From: Escherichia coli
Lineage (GTDB): Bacteria > Pseudomonadota > Gammaproteobacteria > Enterobacterales > Enterobacteriaceae
Direction: 5' to 3' (one strand)
NCBI RefSeq assembly: GCF_024502345.1
Contig: NZ_JALDNN010000001.1
Length of the DNA stretch: 64,000 nucleotides
Numbering within the stretch: the first letter of the stretch is position 1; the number at the start of each line of letters is the position of its first letter. The translations under genes and the position numbers were made by a program. The notes beneath the pieces are model-generated. The model was not told the DNA's origin, searched no databases, and saw only the letters and a program-made list of their open reading frames with translations. Positions 1-10,669 of the stretch are shown here, one piece after another.

Positions 1-1
1 G

Positions 2-61
2 TTCAACAACGCCATTCTGGCGAGTGAAATTGCCAAAGAATACCAGCATCTCGCGGGTTAA
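2..61 (+). CDS. psuG: 3' end (last 19 codons, FNNAILASEIAKEYQHLAG-stop) of an upstream gene, most likely pseudouridine-5'-phosphate glycosidase
   Basis: Open frame from window edge to TAA at 59-61; position directly upstream of a NupC-type transporter matches psuG-psuT synteny; identity from synteny only. Confidence 0.4.
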   Translation, partial: FNNAILASEIAKEYQHLAG

Positions 62-154
62 TTTCTGACGGGCAGAAAGCCGTCGCCCGTACTCATCAAG
101 CATACCAAAACCTGGCGCTGACGCCGGGTTTACTGGCATGAAGGGAAAATCATT

Positions 155-1405
155 ATGGATATAATGAGAAGTGTTGTGGGGATGGTGGTGTTACTGGCAA
201 TAGCATTTCTGTTGTCAGTGAATAAAAAGAGCATCAGTTTGCGCACGGTTGGAGCCGCACTGCTGCTGCAAATCGCTATTGGTGGCATCATGCTCTACTT
301 CCCACCGGGAAAGTGGGCAGTAGAACAGGCGGCATTAGGCGTTCATAAAGTGATGTCTTACAGTGATGCCGGTAGCGCCTTCATTTTTGGTTCGCTGGTT
401 GGGCCGAAAATGGATGTCCTGTTTGACGGTGCGGGTTTTATCTTCGCCTTTCGCGTACTTCCGGCGATTATTTTCGTTACTGCGCTCATCAGTCTGCTGT
501 ACTACATTGGCGTGATGGGGCTGCTGATTCGCATCCTTGGCAGCATTTTCCAGAAAGCTCTTAACATCAGCAAAATCGAATCTTTTGTCGCAGTCACAAC
601 TATTTTCCTCGGGCAAAATGAGATCCCGGCGATCGTTAAACCGTTTATCGATCGCATGAATCGCAACGAGTTGTTTACCGCAATTTGTAGCGGGATGGCG
701 TCCATTGCTGGTTCGATGATGATTGGTTATGCTGGAATGGGCGTACCAATTGACTACCTGTTAGCGGCATCGCTGATGGCGATCCCAGGTGGTATTTTGT
801 TTGCACGTATTCTTAGCCCGGCCACCGAGCCTTCGCAGGTCACATTTGAAAATCTGTCGTTCAGCGAAACGCCGCCAAAAAGCTTTATCGAAGCGGCGGC
901 GAGCGGTGCGATGACCGGGCTGAAAATCGCCGCTGGTGTAGCGACGGTGGTAATGGCGTTTGTCGCAATTATTGCGCTGATCAACGGCATTATCGGCGGA
1001 ATTGGTGGCTGGTTTGGTTTCGCCAATGCCTCTCTGGAAAGTATTTTTGGCTATGTGCTGGCACCGCTGGCGTGGATCATGGGTGTGGACTGGAGTGATG
1101 CCAATCTTGCGGGTAGCCTGATTGGGCAGAAACTGGCGATTAACGAATTCGTCGCTTACCTGAGTTTCTCCCCATACCTGCAAACGGGCGGCACGCTGGA
1201 AGTGAAAACCATTGCGATTATCTCCTTTGCGCTTTGTGGTTTTGCTAACTTTGGTTCTATCGGTGTTGTCGTTGGCGCATTTTCGGCTATTTCGCCAAAA
1301 CGTGCTCCAGAAATCGCCCAGCTTGGTTTACGGGCGCTGGCAGCAGCAACGCTTTCCAACCTGATGAGTGCGACTATTGCCGGGTTCTTTATTGGTCTGG
1401 CGTAA
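155..1405 (+). CDS. psuT: NupC-family nucleoside:H+ symporter (putative pseudouridine transporter), 416 aa
   Basis: ORF track; ATG at 155; NupC/CNT-family multi-TM protein; symbol assigned by position next to psuG end. Confidence 0.85.
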   Translation: MDIMRSVVGMVVLLAIAFLLSVNKKSISLRTVGAALLLQIAIGGIMLYFPPGKWAVEQAALGVHKVMSYSDAGSAFIFGSLVGPKMDVLFDGAGFIFAFRVLPAIIFVTALISLLYYIGVMGLLIRILGSIFQKALNISKIESFVAVTTIFLGQNEIPAIVKPFIDRMNRNELFTAICSGMASIAGSMMIGYAGMGVPIDYLLAASLMAIPGGILFARILSPATEPSQVTFENLSFSETPPKSFIEAAASGAMTGLKIAAGVATVVMAFVAIIALINGIIGGIGGWFGFANASLESIFGYVLAPLAWIMGVDWSDANLAGSLIGQKLAINEFVAYLSFSPYLQTGGTLEVKTIAIISFALCGFANFGSIGVVVGAFSAISPKRAPEIAQLGLRALAAATLSNLMSATIAGFFIGLA

Positions 1406-1412
1406 TGCTCGA

Positions 1413-1456
1413 TTTGTAGACCGGATAAAACGTATTAAGCGTTGCATCCGGCAATC
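1413..1456. repeat. REP-like palindromic unit downstream of psuT
   Basis: GTAGACCGGATAAAACG...GCATCCGGCA palindrome resembling REP consensus. Confidence 0.45.
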
Positions 1457-1475
1457 GCGCTATTGCAAATAATTT

Positions 1476-2135
1476 TTACTGCATCATCCCGGAGAATTTA
1501 TTCTCCGGGTCCATCTCCAGCGCCAGTCCTGACAACTGCTTTCTGTTTTTAATGAGATACCCTTTCTTGCTTTTAGTTAATAAACCGTCGTGAATGAATT
1601 GCGCGAGAACATATAAAAGATGTCGATAAGAAACGCCTAAATACTCTGCCGCTTGCGTATGCTTTTCGTGATAAAGATCACCTTCCTGCGAGAGTAATAT
1701 AAAAGCTGCCAGGCGATTAACTAACGGAAATGATTGATTCTGAGTTAAAGAAACAATATTACGATAATTTTTATGACTTAAGGTGACGCAGAGTTTTCGT
1801 AAAAATAGCGTGTCGTTTAATAACAGCGGGCGGTAATGTTTCATAGAGAGCGCAAGGCACCAACACTCTTCAATAGCCTGCACCGCACGCGGTTCATGGT
1901 CTTTGTCGATTAACTCAATCTCACCAATAAAACAGGGGGCGGCAAAGAAATCGATCAGCGACACGCGACCATTAGCAAGCGTGGCGTAAAGCCTGGCGCG
2001 GCCTCGCGTCAGATAAAACAGCCAGGACGGCTGTTGCCCTTCCTGCACAATGTAGTCACGCGCTAAAAAATGAAACAGCCGCGTATCGGCTGAAACATCC
2101 GTTAAAAAGCAATCCTTAAACGCGGATTCACTCAT
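1476..2135 (-). CDS. yeiL: CRP/FNR-family transcriptional regulator YeiL (219 aa from ATG; ORF track GTG extension to 2174)
   Basis: ORF track; cNMP-binding plus HTH regulator; ATG (MSESAFKD...) gives the 219-aa length I recall. Confidence 0.8.
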   Translation of the reverse strand: MSESAFKDCFLTDVSADTRLFHFLARDYIVQEGQQPSWLFYLTRGRARLYATLANGRVSLIDFFAAPCFIGEIELIDKDHEPRAVQAIEECWCLALSMKHYRPLLLNDTLFLRKLCVTLSHKNYRNIVSLTQNQSFPLVNRLAAFILLSQEGDLYHEKHTQAAEYLGVSYRHLLYVLAQFIHDGLLTKSKKGYLIKNRKQLSGLALEMDPENKFSGMMQ

Positions 2136-2187
2136 CAATTGCAGCTTAAGATCATTATTGTGGATTTCTTTCACGATGTTTATCCGC

Positions 2188-2203
2188 TGTGAGATTTCTC
2201 ATA
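2188..2203. promoter_or_regulatory. CRP-like site TGTGA-N6-TCATA in the yeiL/rihB divergent region
   Basis: Match to TGTGA-N6-TCACA consensus (9/10). Confidence 0.3.
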
Positions 2204-2303
2204 TTTAGCATACGTACGCTGTTGTTAAGATTCAATCATCGGCCCGGTCGAATTTTCTTTGCTGTAGAAAAAATAACGCAACTGGAAACAGAGGAAATAA
2301 ACA

Positions 2304-3245
2304 ATGGAAAAGAGAAAAATTATTCTGGATTGTGATCCGGGTCATGATGATGCTATTGCAATGATGATGGCAGCGAAACATCCGGCGATTGATTTATTAG
2401 GCATCACTATTGTAGCGGGTAATCAGACGCTTGATAAAACATTAATTAATGGCCTGAATGTTTGCCAGAAACTGGAGATTAATGTTCCGGTTTATGCGGG
2501 GATGCCGCAACCCATTATGCGTCAACAAATCGTTGCCGATAATATTCACGGTGAAACCGGACTGGATGGCCCGGTATTCGAGCCGCTGACCCGCCAGGCA
2601 GAAAGTACCCACGCGGTGAAATACATCATTGATACCCTGATGGCAAGCGATGGCGATATCACTCTGGTGCCGGTTGGTCCGCTTTCAAATATCGCGGTGG
2701 CAATGCGTATGCAACCCGCGATCCTGCCCAAAATCCGTGAAATTGTGCTAATGGGCGGCGCTTACGGTACAGGCAACTTCACGCCATCTGCCGAGTTCAA
2801 CATCTTTGCTGACCCGGAAGCCGCACGCGTGGTGTTCACCTCCGGCGTTCCATTAGTGATGATGGGCCTCGATCTTACCAACCAGACCGTTTGCACCCCG
2901 GACGTAATTGCTCGGATGGAAAGGGCAGGCGGCCCTGCCGGAGAGCTGTTCAGCGACATCATGAACTTCACTCTCAAAACGCAGTTCGAAAACTACGGCC
3001 TGGCTGGCGGCCCGGTGCACGACGCCACCTGCATCGGTTATCTGATTAACCCTGATGGCATTAAAACCCAGGAGATGTACGTCGAAGTGGACGTCAACAG
3101 TGGCCCTTGCTATGGGCGTACCGTCTGCGACGAGCTGGGCGTTCTTGGCAAGCCCGCTAATACCAAAGTCGGCATCACTATTGATACCGACTGGTTCTGG
3201 GGCTTAGTCGAAGAGTGCGTGCGCGGCTACATCAAAACCCATTAA
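2304..3245 (+). CDS. rihB: Pyrimidine-specific ribonucleoside hydrolase (IU-nucleoside hydrolase family), 313 aa
   Basis: ORF track; N-terminal DCDPGHDDA aspartate cluster typical of nucleoside hydrolases; synteny. Confidence 0.9.
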   Translation: MEKRKIILDCDPGHDDAIAMMMAAKHPAIDLLGITIVAGNQTLDKTLINGLNVCQKLEINVPVYAGMPQPIMRQQIVADNIHGETGLDGPVFEPLTRQAESTHAVKYIIDTLMASDGDITLVPVGPLSNIAVAMRMQPAILPKIREIVLMGGAYGTGNFTPSAEFNIFADPEAARVVFTSGVPLVMMGLDLTNQTVCTPDVIARMERAGGPAGELFSDIMNFTLKTQFENYGLAGGPVHDATCIGYLINPDGIKTQEMYVEVDVNSGPCYGRTVCDELGVLGKPANTKVGITIDTDWFWGLVEECVRGYIKTH

Positions 3246-3344
3246 GTGTTGATAACAAGCCGGGTCAGTATCGCAAGATCCAAGCCCGGCTATTTCTGAT
3301 GGGCAGAAAGCCGTCGCCCAATATGACATGAAGAGATAATAACT

Positions 3345-4595
3345 ATGGATGTCATGAGAAGTGTTCTGGGAATGGTGGTATTGCTGACGATTGCGTTTTT
3401 ACTGTCAGTAAACAAGAAGAAGATCAGCCTGCGTACCGTTGGCGCGGCGTTAGTGTTACAGGTCGTGATTGGCGGGATTATGCTTTGGTTACCGCCAGGG
3501 TGTTGGGTCGCTGAAAAAGTCGCTTTTGGCGTGCATAAAGTGATGGCGTACAGCGACGCGGGTAGCGCATTTATCTTCGGTTCGCTGGTCGGGCCGAAAA
3601 TGGACACGCTGTTTGATGGCGCAGGATTTATCTTTGGTTTCAGAGTGTTACCGGCAATTATCTTCGTCACCGCGCTGGTGAGTATTCTCTATTACATCGG
3701 TGTGATGGGGATCTTAATTCGCATTCTCGGCGGTATATTCCAGAAAGCATTAAATATCAGCAAGATCGAGTCATTCGTCGCGGTCACTACCATTTTCCTC
3801 GGGCAAAACGAAATTCCGGCAATCGTCAAACCCTTTATCGATCGTCTGAATCGCAATGAATTATTTACAGCGATTTGTAGTGGCATGGCCTCGATTGCTG
3901 GTTCGACAATGATTGGTTACGCCGCACTGGGCGTACCTGTGGAATATTTGCTGGCGGCATCGTTAATGGCGATCCCAGGCGGAATCTTGTTTGCCCGCCT
4001 GTTAAGCCCGGCTACGGAATCTTCGCAGGTTTCTTTTAATAACCTCTCTTTCACCGAAACACCGCCAAAAAGCATTATTGAAGCCGCCGCGACAGGGGCA
4101 ATGACCGGGCTGAAAATCGCCGCAGGTGTGGCGACAGTAGTGATGGCATTTGTCGCCATCATTGCGTTAATTAACGGTATTATCGGCGGCGTTGGCGGCT
4201 GGTTTGGTTTTGAACATGCCTCGCTGGAGTCCATTTTAGGTTATCTGCTGGCCCCACTGGCGTGGGTAATGGGTGTTGACTGGAGTGATGCGAATCTTGC
4301 CGGGAGTTTGATTGGACAGAAACTGGCAATAAATGAATTTGTCGCTTATCTCAATTTCTCACCCTATCTGCAAACGGCTGGCACTCTGGATGCTAAAACC
4401 GTGGCGATTATTTCCTTCGCGTTGTGCGGTTTCGCTAACTTTGGTTCTATCGGGGTGGTGGTGGGGGCGTTTTCTGCGGTTGCACCACACCGTGCGCCGG
4501 AAATCGCCCAGCTTGGTTTACGCGCGCTGGCGGCGGCGACACTTTCTAACCTGATGAGTGCCACCATTGCCGGGTTCTTTATTGGTTTAGCGTAG
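3345..4595 (+). CDS. nupX: NupC-family nucleoside transporter, 416 aa; close paralog of the ORF at 155-1405
   Basis: ORF track; near-collinear similarity to psuT along the full length; position downstream of rihB. Confidence 0.85.
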   Translation: MDVMRSVLGMVVLLTIAFLLSVNKKKISLRTVGAALVLQVVIGGIMLWLPPGCWVAEKVAFGVHKVMAYSDAGSAFIFGSLVGPKMDTLFDGAGFIFGFRVLPAIIFVTALVSILYYIGVMGILIRILGGIFQKALNISKIESFVAVTTIFLGQNEIPAIVKPFIDRLNRNELFTAICSGMASIAGSTMIGYAALGVPVEYLLAASLMAIPGGILFARLLSPATESSQVSFNNLSFTETPPKSIIEAAATGAMTGLKIAAGVATVVMAFVAIIALINGIIGGVGGWFGFEHASLESILGYLLAPLAWVMGVDWSDANLAGSLIGQKLAINEFVAYLNFSPYLQTAGTLDAKTVAIISFALCGFANFGSIGVVVGAFSAVAPHRAPEIAQLGLRALAAATLSNLMSATIAGFFIGLA

Positions 4596-4604
4596 TGTGC
4601 GATT

Positions 4605-4648
4605 TATGAGCCGGATAAGATGCGGTCAAGCGTCGAATCCGGCAACAT
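4605..4648. repeat. REP-like palindromic unit downstream of nupX
   Basis: GAGCCGGATAAG...GAATCCGGCA palindromic motif. Confidence 0.4.
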
Positions 4649-4650
4649 TG

Positions 4651-5739
4651 TTACACCATTGGCACTAATGAAAGCGCGTTATCGGCAGACAGGGTAGGGT
4701 TGTTTAAGCTGCCGCTGGCGCGTGAAATTGCCGCGCAGGCTACCGCAAAACGGGCGCTGTCGCGGAAACTGTATCCTTCAAGAAAGCTATATACCAGGCC
4801 CGCCATAAAACCATCGTCAGCACCAAAACTGTCTACTGTCGTATGCGCTGGCGCGGTCAGCAAAAATTGTTCTCCATCCTTTTCGCTGCAATAAACTGAC
4901 TCATCGGGCAAATAAACAAACAGTTGCTGAACACCTTGCTGATGCAACGCATTCACTGCAGCATTACGGTCAGCATCGCTGGTGATCGCCTGTCCCCATA
5001 AAATTTCCAGCTCCGGTAAAGTGGGTTTCAGGGTGTGAATATGCGCCAGCCAGTGTTTGATTTTGCCCGCTTTGAATTCTGAAACGGTATCGACAAACAC
5101 CGGGATCTCATCAGCGAGGGTAAAGACCCATTCCAGCGCCTCGGCTGTCAGGTTGCAATCAGCCAGTACCACGCCCGCATGACGAAGTAAATCGCGCGAC
5201 CCGTTCAGTAGTTGCGGTGTCAACTGTTCCAGCAGATGGGTATCGTTAATCGCCAGCACGGTTTGATCGTCTCGATTGGCAATTGCCAGATACGTCGATG
5301 TGCTTTGACCATGCAAACGAACGCAGCCGGAGACATTCACGCCGGCGCGGCGCGTTTCTTCCAGGAGCATTTCGCCATAAAAGTCATCGCCAATCACTGA
5401 AAGCAAATGGACGTCACGGCCTAACAGCGCCAGATTGTGGGCGATATTGCGTCCAACGCCGCCTGCCGAGCAATGAATTGTACCGGGATGAGAAGCCGCT
5501 TGCGGGTAATGGATATCCGCCATCCCGCGAATATCCATATTGATTGTCCCCACCACTACGCAGTATTCCTGCTCGGTGAGAATGTAACCTTTGCCTTTAA
5601 TCCGGCCTTTGCGCATTAAATCCATAATATGCGCCGCAACGCGCGAACGACTGATTTGCAGCATGTTCGCAATTTCGTTCTGCTGAATCAGCGGGTTACG
5701 CCGTAAAATTGCAAGGATCTCCTTTTCCCGGTTATTCAT
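4651..5739 (-). CDS. yeiI: Putative kinase with N-terminal winged-HTH and PfkB-type carbohydrate/nucleoside kinase domain, 362 aa
   Basis: ORF track; N-terminal HTH then PfkB-like core; stop of nfo lies 2 nt upstream (likely nfo-yeiI operon). Confidence 0.85.
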   Translation of the reverse strand: MNNREKEILAILRRNPLIQQNEIANMLQISRSRVAAHIMDLMRKGRIKGKGYILTEQEYCVVVGTINMDIRGMADIHYPQAASHPGTIHCSAGGVGRNIAHNLALLGRDVHLLSVIGDDFYGEMLLEETRRAGVNVSGCVRLHGQSTSTYLAIANRDDQTVLAINDTHLLEQLTPQLLNGSRDLLRHAGVVLADCNLTAEALEWVFTLADEIPVFVDTVSEFKAGKIKHWLAHIHTLKPTLPELEILWGQAITSDADRNAAVNALHQQGVQQLFVYLPDESVYCSEKDGEQFLLTAPAHTTVDSFGADDGFMAGLVYSFLEGYSFRDSARFAVACAAISRASGSLNNPTLSADNALSLVPMV

Positions 5740-5741
5740 CT

Positions 5742-6599
5742 TCAGGCTACCGCTTTTTCAGTTTGTTGCGCTTTCAGCCAGGCGATCTCTTCTGCCCAGA
5801 TATCCGGGTTGATGGTTTCAAGGATCAGCGGAATGCCGTCGAAACGGTCGTCCTGCATGATCCAGCGGAACGCATCATGACCGATATTGCCTTCACCGAG
5901 GCTATGATGGCGGTCAACGCGGCTGCCAAAGGTGCTTTTCGCATCGTTAAGGTGCATCCCGCGCAGATACTTAAAGCCGACAATACGGGCAAAATCAGCG
6001 AACGTTTTCTCGCATTCGGCTGGAGTACGCAAATCATACCCGGCAGCGAAAGCATGGCAGGTATCAATGCAGACGCCGACGCGGGATTTATCTTCCACGC
6101 CGTCGATAATCGCCGCGAGATGTTCGAATTTAAACCCTAAGTTACTGCCCTGACCGGCGGTGTTTTCAATCACCGCGGTCACACCTTGAGTTTTATCCAG
6201 CGCAATGTTGATGGATTCGGCAATACGCGCAAGGCAATCCTCTTCTGAAATCTGCATCAGATGGCTGCCAGGGTGGAAGTTGAGCAAAGAAAGCCCCAGC
6301 TGTTCGCAACGCTGCATTTCATCTATAAAGGCATCGCGCGATTTTTCCAGAGCTTCAGTGACCGGATGTCCGAGGTTAATCAGATAACTGTCGTGGGGAA
6401 GAATTTGCGCCGATGTGTAGTGATATTTTTCACAGGCGGCTTTGAATTCATCGATGGTTTGCGTCGTGAGCGGTGCGGCACGCCACTGACGTTGGTTTTT
6501 GGTGAACAAGGCAAACGCGGTTGCGTCGATTTCGGCGGCGCGAATTGCGGCATTTGCCAGACCGCCAGCAGCACTAACGTGCGCTCCAATGTATTTCAT
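5742..6599 (-). CDS. nfo: Endonuclease IV (AP endonuclease, xylose-isomerase-like TIM barrel), 285 aa
   Basis: ORF track; start [13 protein letters not shown]; length and synteny. Confidence 0.95.
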   Translation of the reverse strand: MKYIGAHVSAAGGLANAAIRAAEIDATAFALFTKNQRQWRAAPLTTQTIDEFKAACEKYHYTSAQILPHDSYLINLGHPVTEALEKSRDAFIDEMQRCEQLGLSLLNFHPGSHLMQISEEDCLARIAESINIALDKTQGVTAVIENTAGQGSNLGFKFEHLAAIIDGVEDKSRVGVCIDTCHAFAAGYDLRTPAECEKTFADFARIVGFKYLRGMHLNDAKSTFGSRVDRHHSLGEGNIGHDAFRWIMQDDRFDGIPLILETINPDIWAEEIAWLKAQQTEKAVA

Positions 6600-6606
6600 G
6601 CGAGGA

Positions 6607-6658
6607 CTCCTGTTAAACCCGCTGGAGGAAAACGGTAATGATAGCGGGTTAACAGGAG
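6607..6658 (-). promoter_or_regulatory. Long inverted repeat (about 15-bp arms, about 19-nt loop) between yeiH stop and nfo start; the right arm contains the nfo Shine-Dalgarno
   Basis: CTCCTGTTAAACCCGCT ... AGCGGGTTAACAGGAG seen directly. Confidence 0.35.
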
Positions 6659-6672
6659 CAAGATGTAGTGGT

Positions 6673-7722
6673 TTATGCGATGACGCTTTGAATCACATAG
6701 TTAATCGCACCACCACCAACAATCAGCCAGGCAAACAGAACCAGTGCCATCAGCAGAGGTTTCGCCCCGGCTTTTTTCAGCGCGCTGACGTGAGTGGTCA
6801 GACCCAGCGCCGCCATCGCCATTGCCAGCAGGAAGGTATCCAGCGTTACCAGCATGTTCACCACGCTCTGCGGTAACAGGTGGAACGAGTTAAAGATGGC
6901 AACTACGATGAACAAGATGGCAAACCACGGAATAGTGATTTTGCTTTTCTCGCCGCTGTTCGCCCCAGACAGCTGTTTAACACGCGCCGCCAGCAGGATG
7001 AGGAACGGAGCCAGCATCATCACGCGCAGCATTTTGGAAATAACTGCTGCGTTTTCCGCATCCGGGCTGATGGCATGACCTGCCGCCACCACCTGCGCCA
7101 CTTCGTGCACAGTAGAACCAATGTAGATACCGAAAGTTTCCGGACTAAACCATTGAGACATCAGCGGATATATCGCCGGGTAGAGGAAAATCGCGATGGT
7201 CCCGAAGATAACAACGGTTGCAACAGCCACGGTTACTTTACTGGCTTCCGCTTTCACTACCGGCTCAGTCGCCAGTACCGCGGCAGCACCACAGATACTG
7301 CTACCGGCACCGATCAACCAGCTGGTGTGCTTATCCAGACCAAACACTTTCTGCCCCAGGAAGCAAGCCAGCAGGAAGGTACTGGACAGCGTCAACACGT
7401 CAATGATGATCCCACTGATACCGACATCGGCAATTTGCGAGAACGTCAGACGGAAGCCATAAAGAATGATACCCAGACGTAATAAATATTGCTTGGCAAA
7501 CAGCACACCACCGTCACAGCTTTTCCAGATGTGCGGATAGATGGTGTTGCCTAAAACCATCCCCAACAAGATTGCGAGGGTGAGGGCACTAAACCCGGCA
7601 CCCGCAACCGCGGGAATGGAACCACCCCACAGGGCGACCCCGGTGATAACTGCACTCAGGGCTAACCCCGGAATAAAATGCCACAGTGTACGATGTTGTT
7701 TCTGTAAGGTGATATTCGTCAT
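6673..7722 (-). CDS. yeiH: Inner membrane protein of the UPF0324/YeiH family, 349 aa
   Basis: ORF track; multi-TM hydrophobic protein; divergent from LysR-type yeiE. Confidence 0.9.
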   Translation of the reverse strand: MTNITLQKQHRTLWHFIPGLALSAVITGVALWGGSIPAVAGAGFSALTLAILLGMVLGNTIYPHIWKSCDGGVLFAKQYLLRLGIILYGFRLTFSQIADVGISGIIIDVLTLSSTFLLACFLGQKVFGLDKHTSWLIGAGSSICGAAAVLATEPVVKAEASKVTVAVATVVIFGTIAIFLYPAIYPLMSQWFSPETFGIYIGSTVHEVAQVVAAGHAISPDAENAAVISKMLRVMMLAPFLILLAARVKQLSGANSGEKSKITIPWFAILFIVVAIFNSFHLLPQSVVNMLVTLDTFLLAMAMAALGLTTHVSALKKAGAKPLLMALVLFAWLIVGGGAINYVIQSVIA

Positions 7723-7820
7723 AACCCTCTCCTTTAACCGGGCATAAGGTTACGACTAACTGGTTTAAAAATAAAATTGATTATATATTTATAATTAATC
7801 TTTATAAGTGGTAAGCGACT

Positions 7821-8702
7821 ATGCACATCACCCTCCGGCAGTTGGAAGTTTTTGCAGAAGTATTGAAAAGTGGATCAACCACCCAGGCGTCGGTGATGCT
7901 GGCGTTGTCGCAATCAGCAGTGAGCGCAGCCTTGACCGACCTGGAAGGGCAGCTTGGCGTGCAACTGTTTGATCGCGTGGGGAAAAGACTGGTTGTTAAT
8001 GAACACGGGCGGCTGCTCTATCCGCGTGCGTTGGCATTGCTTGAACAGGCGGTTGAAATCGAACAACTGTTTCGCGAAGACAACGGCGCGATTCGTATCT
8101 ATGCCAGTAGTACCATCGGTAACTACATTCTGCCTGCAGTTATCGCCCGTTATCGCCATGATTATCCGCAGTTGCCGATTGAACTTAGCGTTGGGAACAG
8201 CCAGGACGTGATGCAAGCGGTGCTGGATTTCCGCGTTGATATTGGCTTTATTGAAGGACCGTGCCACAGCACTGAAATCATTTCTGAACCGTGGCTGGAA
8301 GACGAGCTGGTGGTTTTCGCCGCGCCGACTTCGCCGTTGGCTCGTGGTCCGGTCACCTTAGAACAGCTGGCCGCTGCGCCGTGGATCCTGCGTGAACGCG
8401 GTTCCGGCACGCGGGAGATTGTCGATTATCTATTGCTGTCACATTTACCGAAGTTTGAGATGGCGATGGAATTAGGTAACTCCGAGGCAATCAAACATGC
8501 GGTGCGTCATGGGTTGGGAATTAGTTGCCTGTCGCGACGGGTGATTGAAGATCAATTGCAGGCAGGCACATTAAGTGAAGTTGCGGTCCCTCTGCCGCGC
8601 CTGATGCGTACGTTGTGGCGTATACATCATCGGCAAAAACACCTTTCCAACGCGCTACGGCGCTTTCTGGACTATTGCGATCCCGCGAATGTACCGCGTT
8701 AA
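7821..8702 (+). CDS. yeiE: LysR-family transcriptional regulator, 293 aa
   Basis: ORF track; N-terminal HTH ([20 protein letters not shown]) and LysR substrate-binding domain. Confidence 0.9.
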
Positions 8703-8906
8703 GTTGCTGTACAAGAACATGCTGGTGCTGTGTCGATTTCGTGACGCAGCGCCCTCAGCATGCATTCGCCAGAAAAGAGATTGGCTGCTTTACTTATAAT
8801 CCCTGGGCGATCATGAAGGTGTCTTATAACCGTGTATTTCTGCCGGAAGGATTGCCAATCGTCTGCTACAATCGCGCCTCATTTTTAAGATGGATAGCAT
8901 TTTTGT

Positions 8907-10376
8907 ATGGTTTCCGAAACTAAAACCACAGAAGCGCCGGGCTTACGCCGTGAATTAAAGGCGCGTCACCTGACGATGATTGCCATTGGCGGTTCCATCG
9001 GTACAGGTCTTTTTGTTGCCTCTGGCGCAACGATTTCTCAGGCAGGTCCGGGCGGGGCATTGCTCTCGTATATGCTGATTGGCCTGATGGTTTACTTCCT
9101 GATGACCAGTCTCGGTGAACTGGCTGCATATATGCCGGTTTCCGGTTCGTTTGCCACTTACGGTCAGAACTATGTTGAAGAAGGCTTTGGCTTCGCGCTG
9201 GGCTGGAACTACTGGTACAACTGGGCGGTGACTATTGCCGTTGACCTGGTTGCAGCTCAGCTGGTCATGAGCTGGTGGTTCCCGGATACACCGGGCTGGA
9301 TCTGGAGTGCGTTGTTCCTCGGCGTTATCTTCCTGCTGAACTACATCTCTGTTCGCGGCTTTGGTGAAGCGGAATACTGGTTCTCACTGATCAAAGTCAC
9401 GACAGTTATTGTCTTTATCATCGTTGGCGTGCTGATGATTATCGGTATCTTCAAAGGCGCGCAGCCTGCGGGCTGGAGCAACTGGACAATCGGCGAAGCG
9501 CCGTTTGCTGGTGGTTTTGCGGCGATGATCGGCGTAGCTATGATTGTCGGCTTCTCTTTCCAGGGAACCGAGCTGATCGGTATTGCTGCAGGCGAGTCCG
9601 AAGATCCGGGGAAAAACATTCCACGCGCGGTACGTCAGGTGTTCTGGCGAATCCTGTTGTTCTATGTGTTCGCGATTCTGATTATCAGCCTGATTATTCC
9701 GTATACCGATCCGAGCCTGCTGCGTAACGATGTTAAAGACATCAGCGTCAGTCCGTTCACCCTGGTGTTCCAGCACGCGGGTCTGCTCTCTGCGGCGGCG
9801 GTGATGAACGCAGTTATTCTGACGGCGGTGCTGTCAGCAGGTAACTCCGGTATGTATGCGTCTACTCGTATGCTGTACACCCTGGCGTGTGACGGTAAAG
9901 CGCCGCGCATTTTCGCTAAATTGTCGCGTGGTGGCGTGCCGCGTAATGCGCTGTATGCGACGACGGTGATTGCCGGTTTGTGCTTCCTGACCTCCATGTT
10001 TGGCAACCAGACGGTATACCTGTGGCTGCTGAACACCTCCGGGATGACGGGTTTTATCGCCTGGCTGGGGATTGCCATTAGCCACTATCGCTTCCGTCGC
10101 GGTTACGTATTGCAGGGACACGACATTAACGATCTGCCGTACCGTTCAGGTTTCTTCCCACTGGGGCCGATCTTCGCATTCATTCTGTGTCTGATTATCA
10201 CTTTGGGCCAGAACTACGAAGCGTTCCTGAAAGATACCATTGACTGGGGCGGCGTAGCGGCAACGTATATTGGTATCCCGCTGTTCCTGATTATTTGGTT
10301 CGGCTACAAGCTGATTAAAGGAACTCACTTCGTACGCTACAGCGAAATGAAGTTCCCGCAGAACGATAAGAAATAA
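8907..10376 (+). CDS. lysP: Lysine-specific permease (APC superfamily), 489 aa
   Basis: ORF track; amino-acid permease signature; length and synteny. Confidence 0.95.
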   Translation: MVSETKTTEAPGLRRELKARHLTMIAIGGSIGTGLFVASGATISQAGPGGALLSYMLIGLMVYFLMTSLGELAAYMPVSGSFATYGQNYVEEGFGFALGWNYWYNWAVTIAVDLVAAQLVMSWWFPDTPGWIWSALFLGVIFLLNYISVRGFGEAEYWFSLIKVTTVIVFIIVGVLMIIGIFKGAQPAGWSNWTIGEAPFAGGFAAMIGVAMIVGFSFQGTELIGIAAGESEDPGKNIPRAVRQVFWRILLFYVFAILIISLIIPYTDPSLLRNDVKDISVSPFTLVFQHAGLLSAAAVMNAVILTAVLSAGNSGMYASTRMLYTLACDGKAPRIFAKLSRGGVPRNALYATTVIAGLCFLTSMFGNQTVYLWLLNTSGMTGFIAWLGIAISHYRFRRGYVLQGHDINDLPYRSGFFPLGPIFAFILCLIITLGQNYEAFLKDTIDWGGVAATYIGIPLFLIIWFGYKLIKGTHFVRYSEMKFPQNDKK

Positions 10377-10396
10377 GTTTCCTCCCTTCCTTGCTA

Positions 10397-10423
10397 AGCC
10401 CTCTCAACCGAGAGGGCTTTTTC
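10397..10423 (+). terminator. Rho-independent terminator of lysP
   Basis: AGCCCTCTC-AACC-GAGAGGGCT hairpin followed by TTTTT. Confidence 0.8.
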
Positions 10424-10470
10424 AATTCCATTTCCCTGACAAATCATGCGGATATAAAATTTAACATTTG

Positions 10471-10500
10471 GATTGATAATTGTTATCGTTTGCATTATCG
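10471..10500 (+). promoter_or_regulatory. Fur box(es) in the cirA promoter
   Basis: GATTGATAATTGTTATCGTTTGCATTATCG matches the GATAATGATAATCATTATC Fur consensus; leaves a ~170-nt leader before cirA. Confidence 0.7.
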
Positions 10501-10669
10501 TTACGCCGCAATCAAAAAAGGCTGACAAATCAGGGGCTGTTCCGGCTTTCTGGGATGATCACCTGCATAAAAAATAAGTCCACCGCGATGCTGCCGTACG
10601 CAAGGGGACGTGAAGAAGATGTGAGCGATAACCCATTTTATTTTCGTAGTTACCTCATGGAGATATGGA

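Noticed and set aside
1476-2174. Longer N-terminal extensions given by the ORF track for yeiL, galS, yohF, yohD, yohC, dld, bglX, btsS, btsR, yehS, yehR, yehP, yehL and metG
   Set aside because: The track evidently starts at the first ATG/GTG/TTG after a stop; internal ATGs with better SD context give the lengths expected for these families, so the shorter starts were used.
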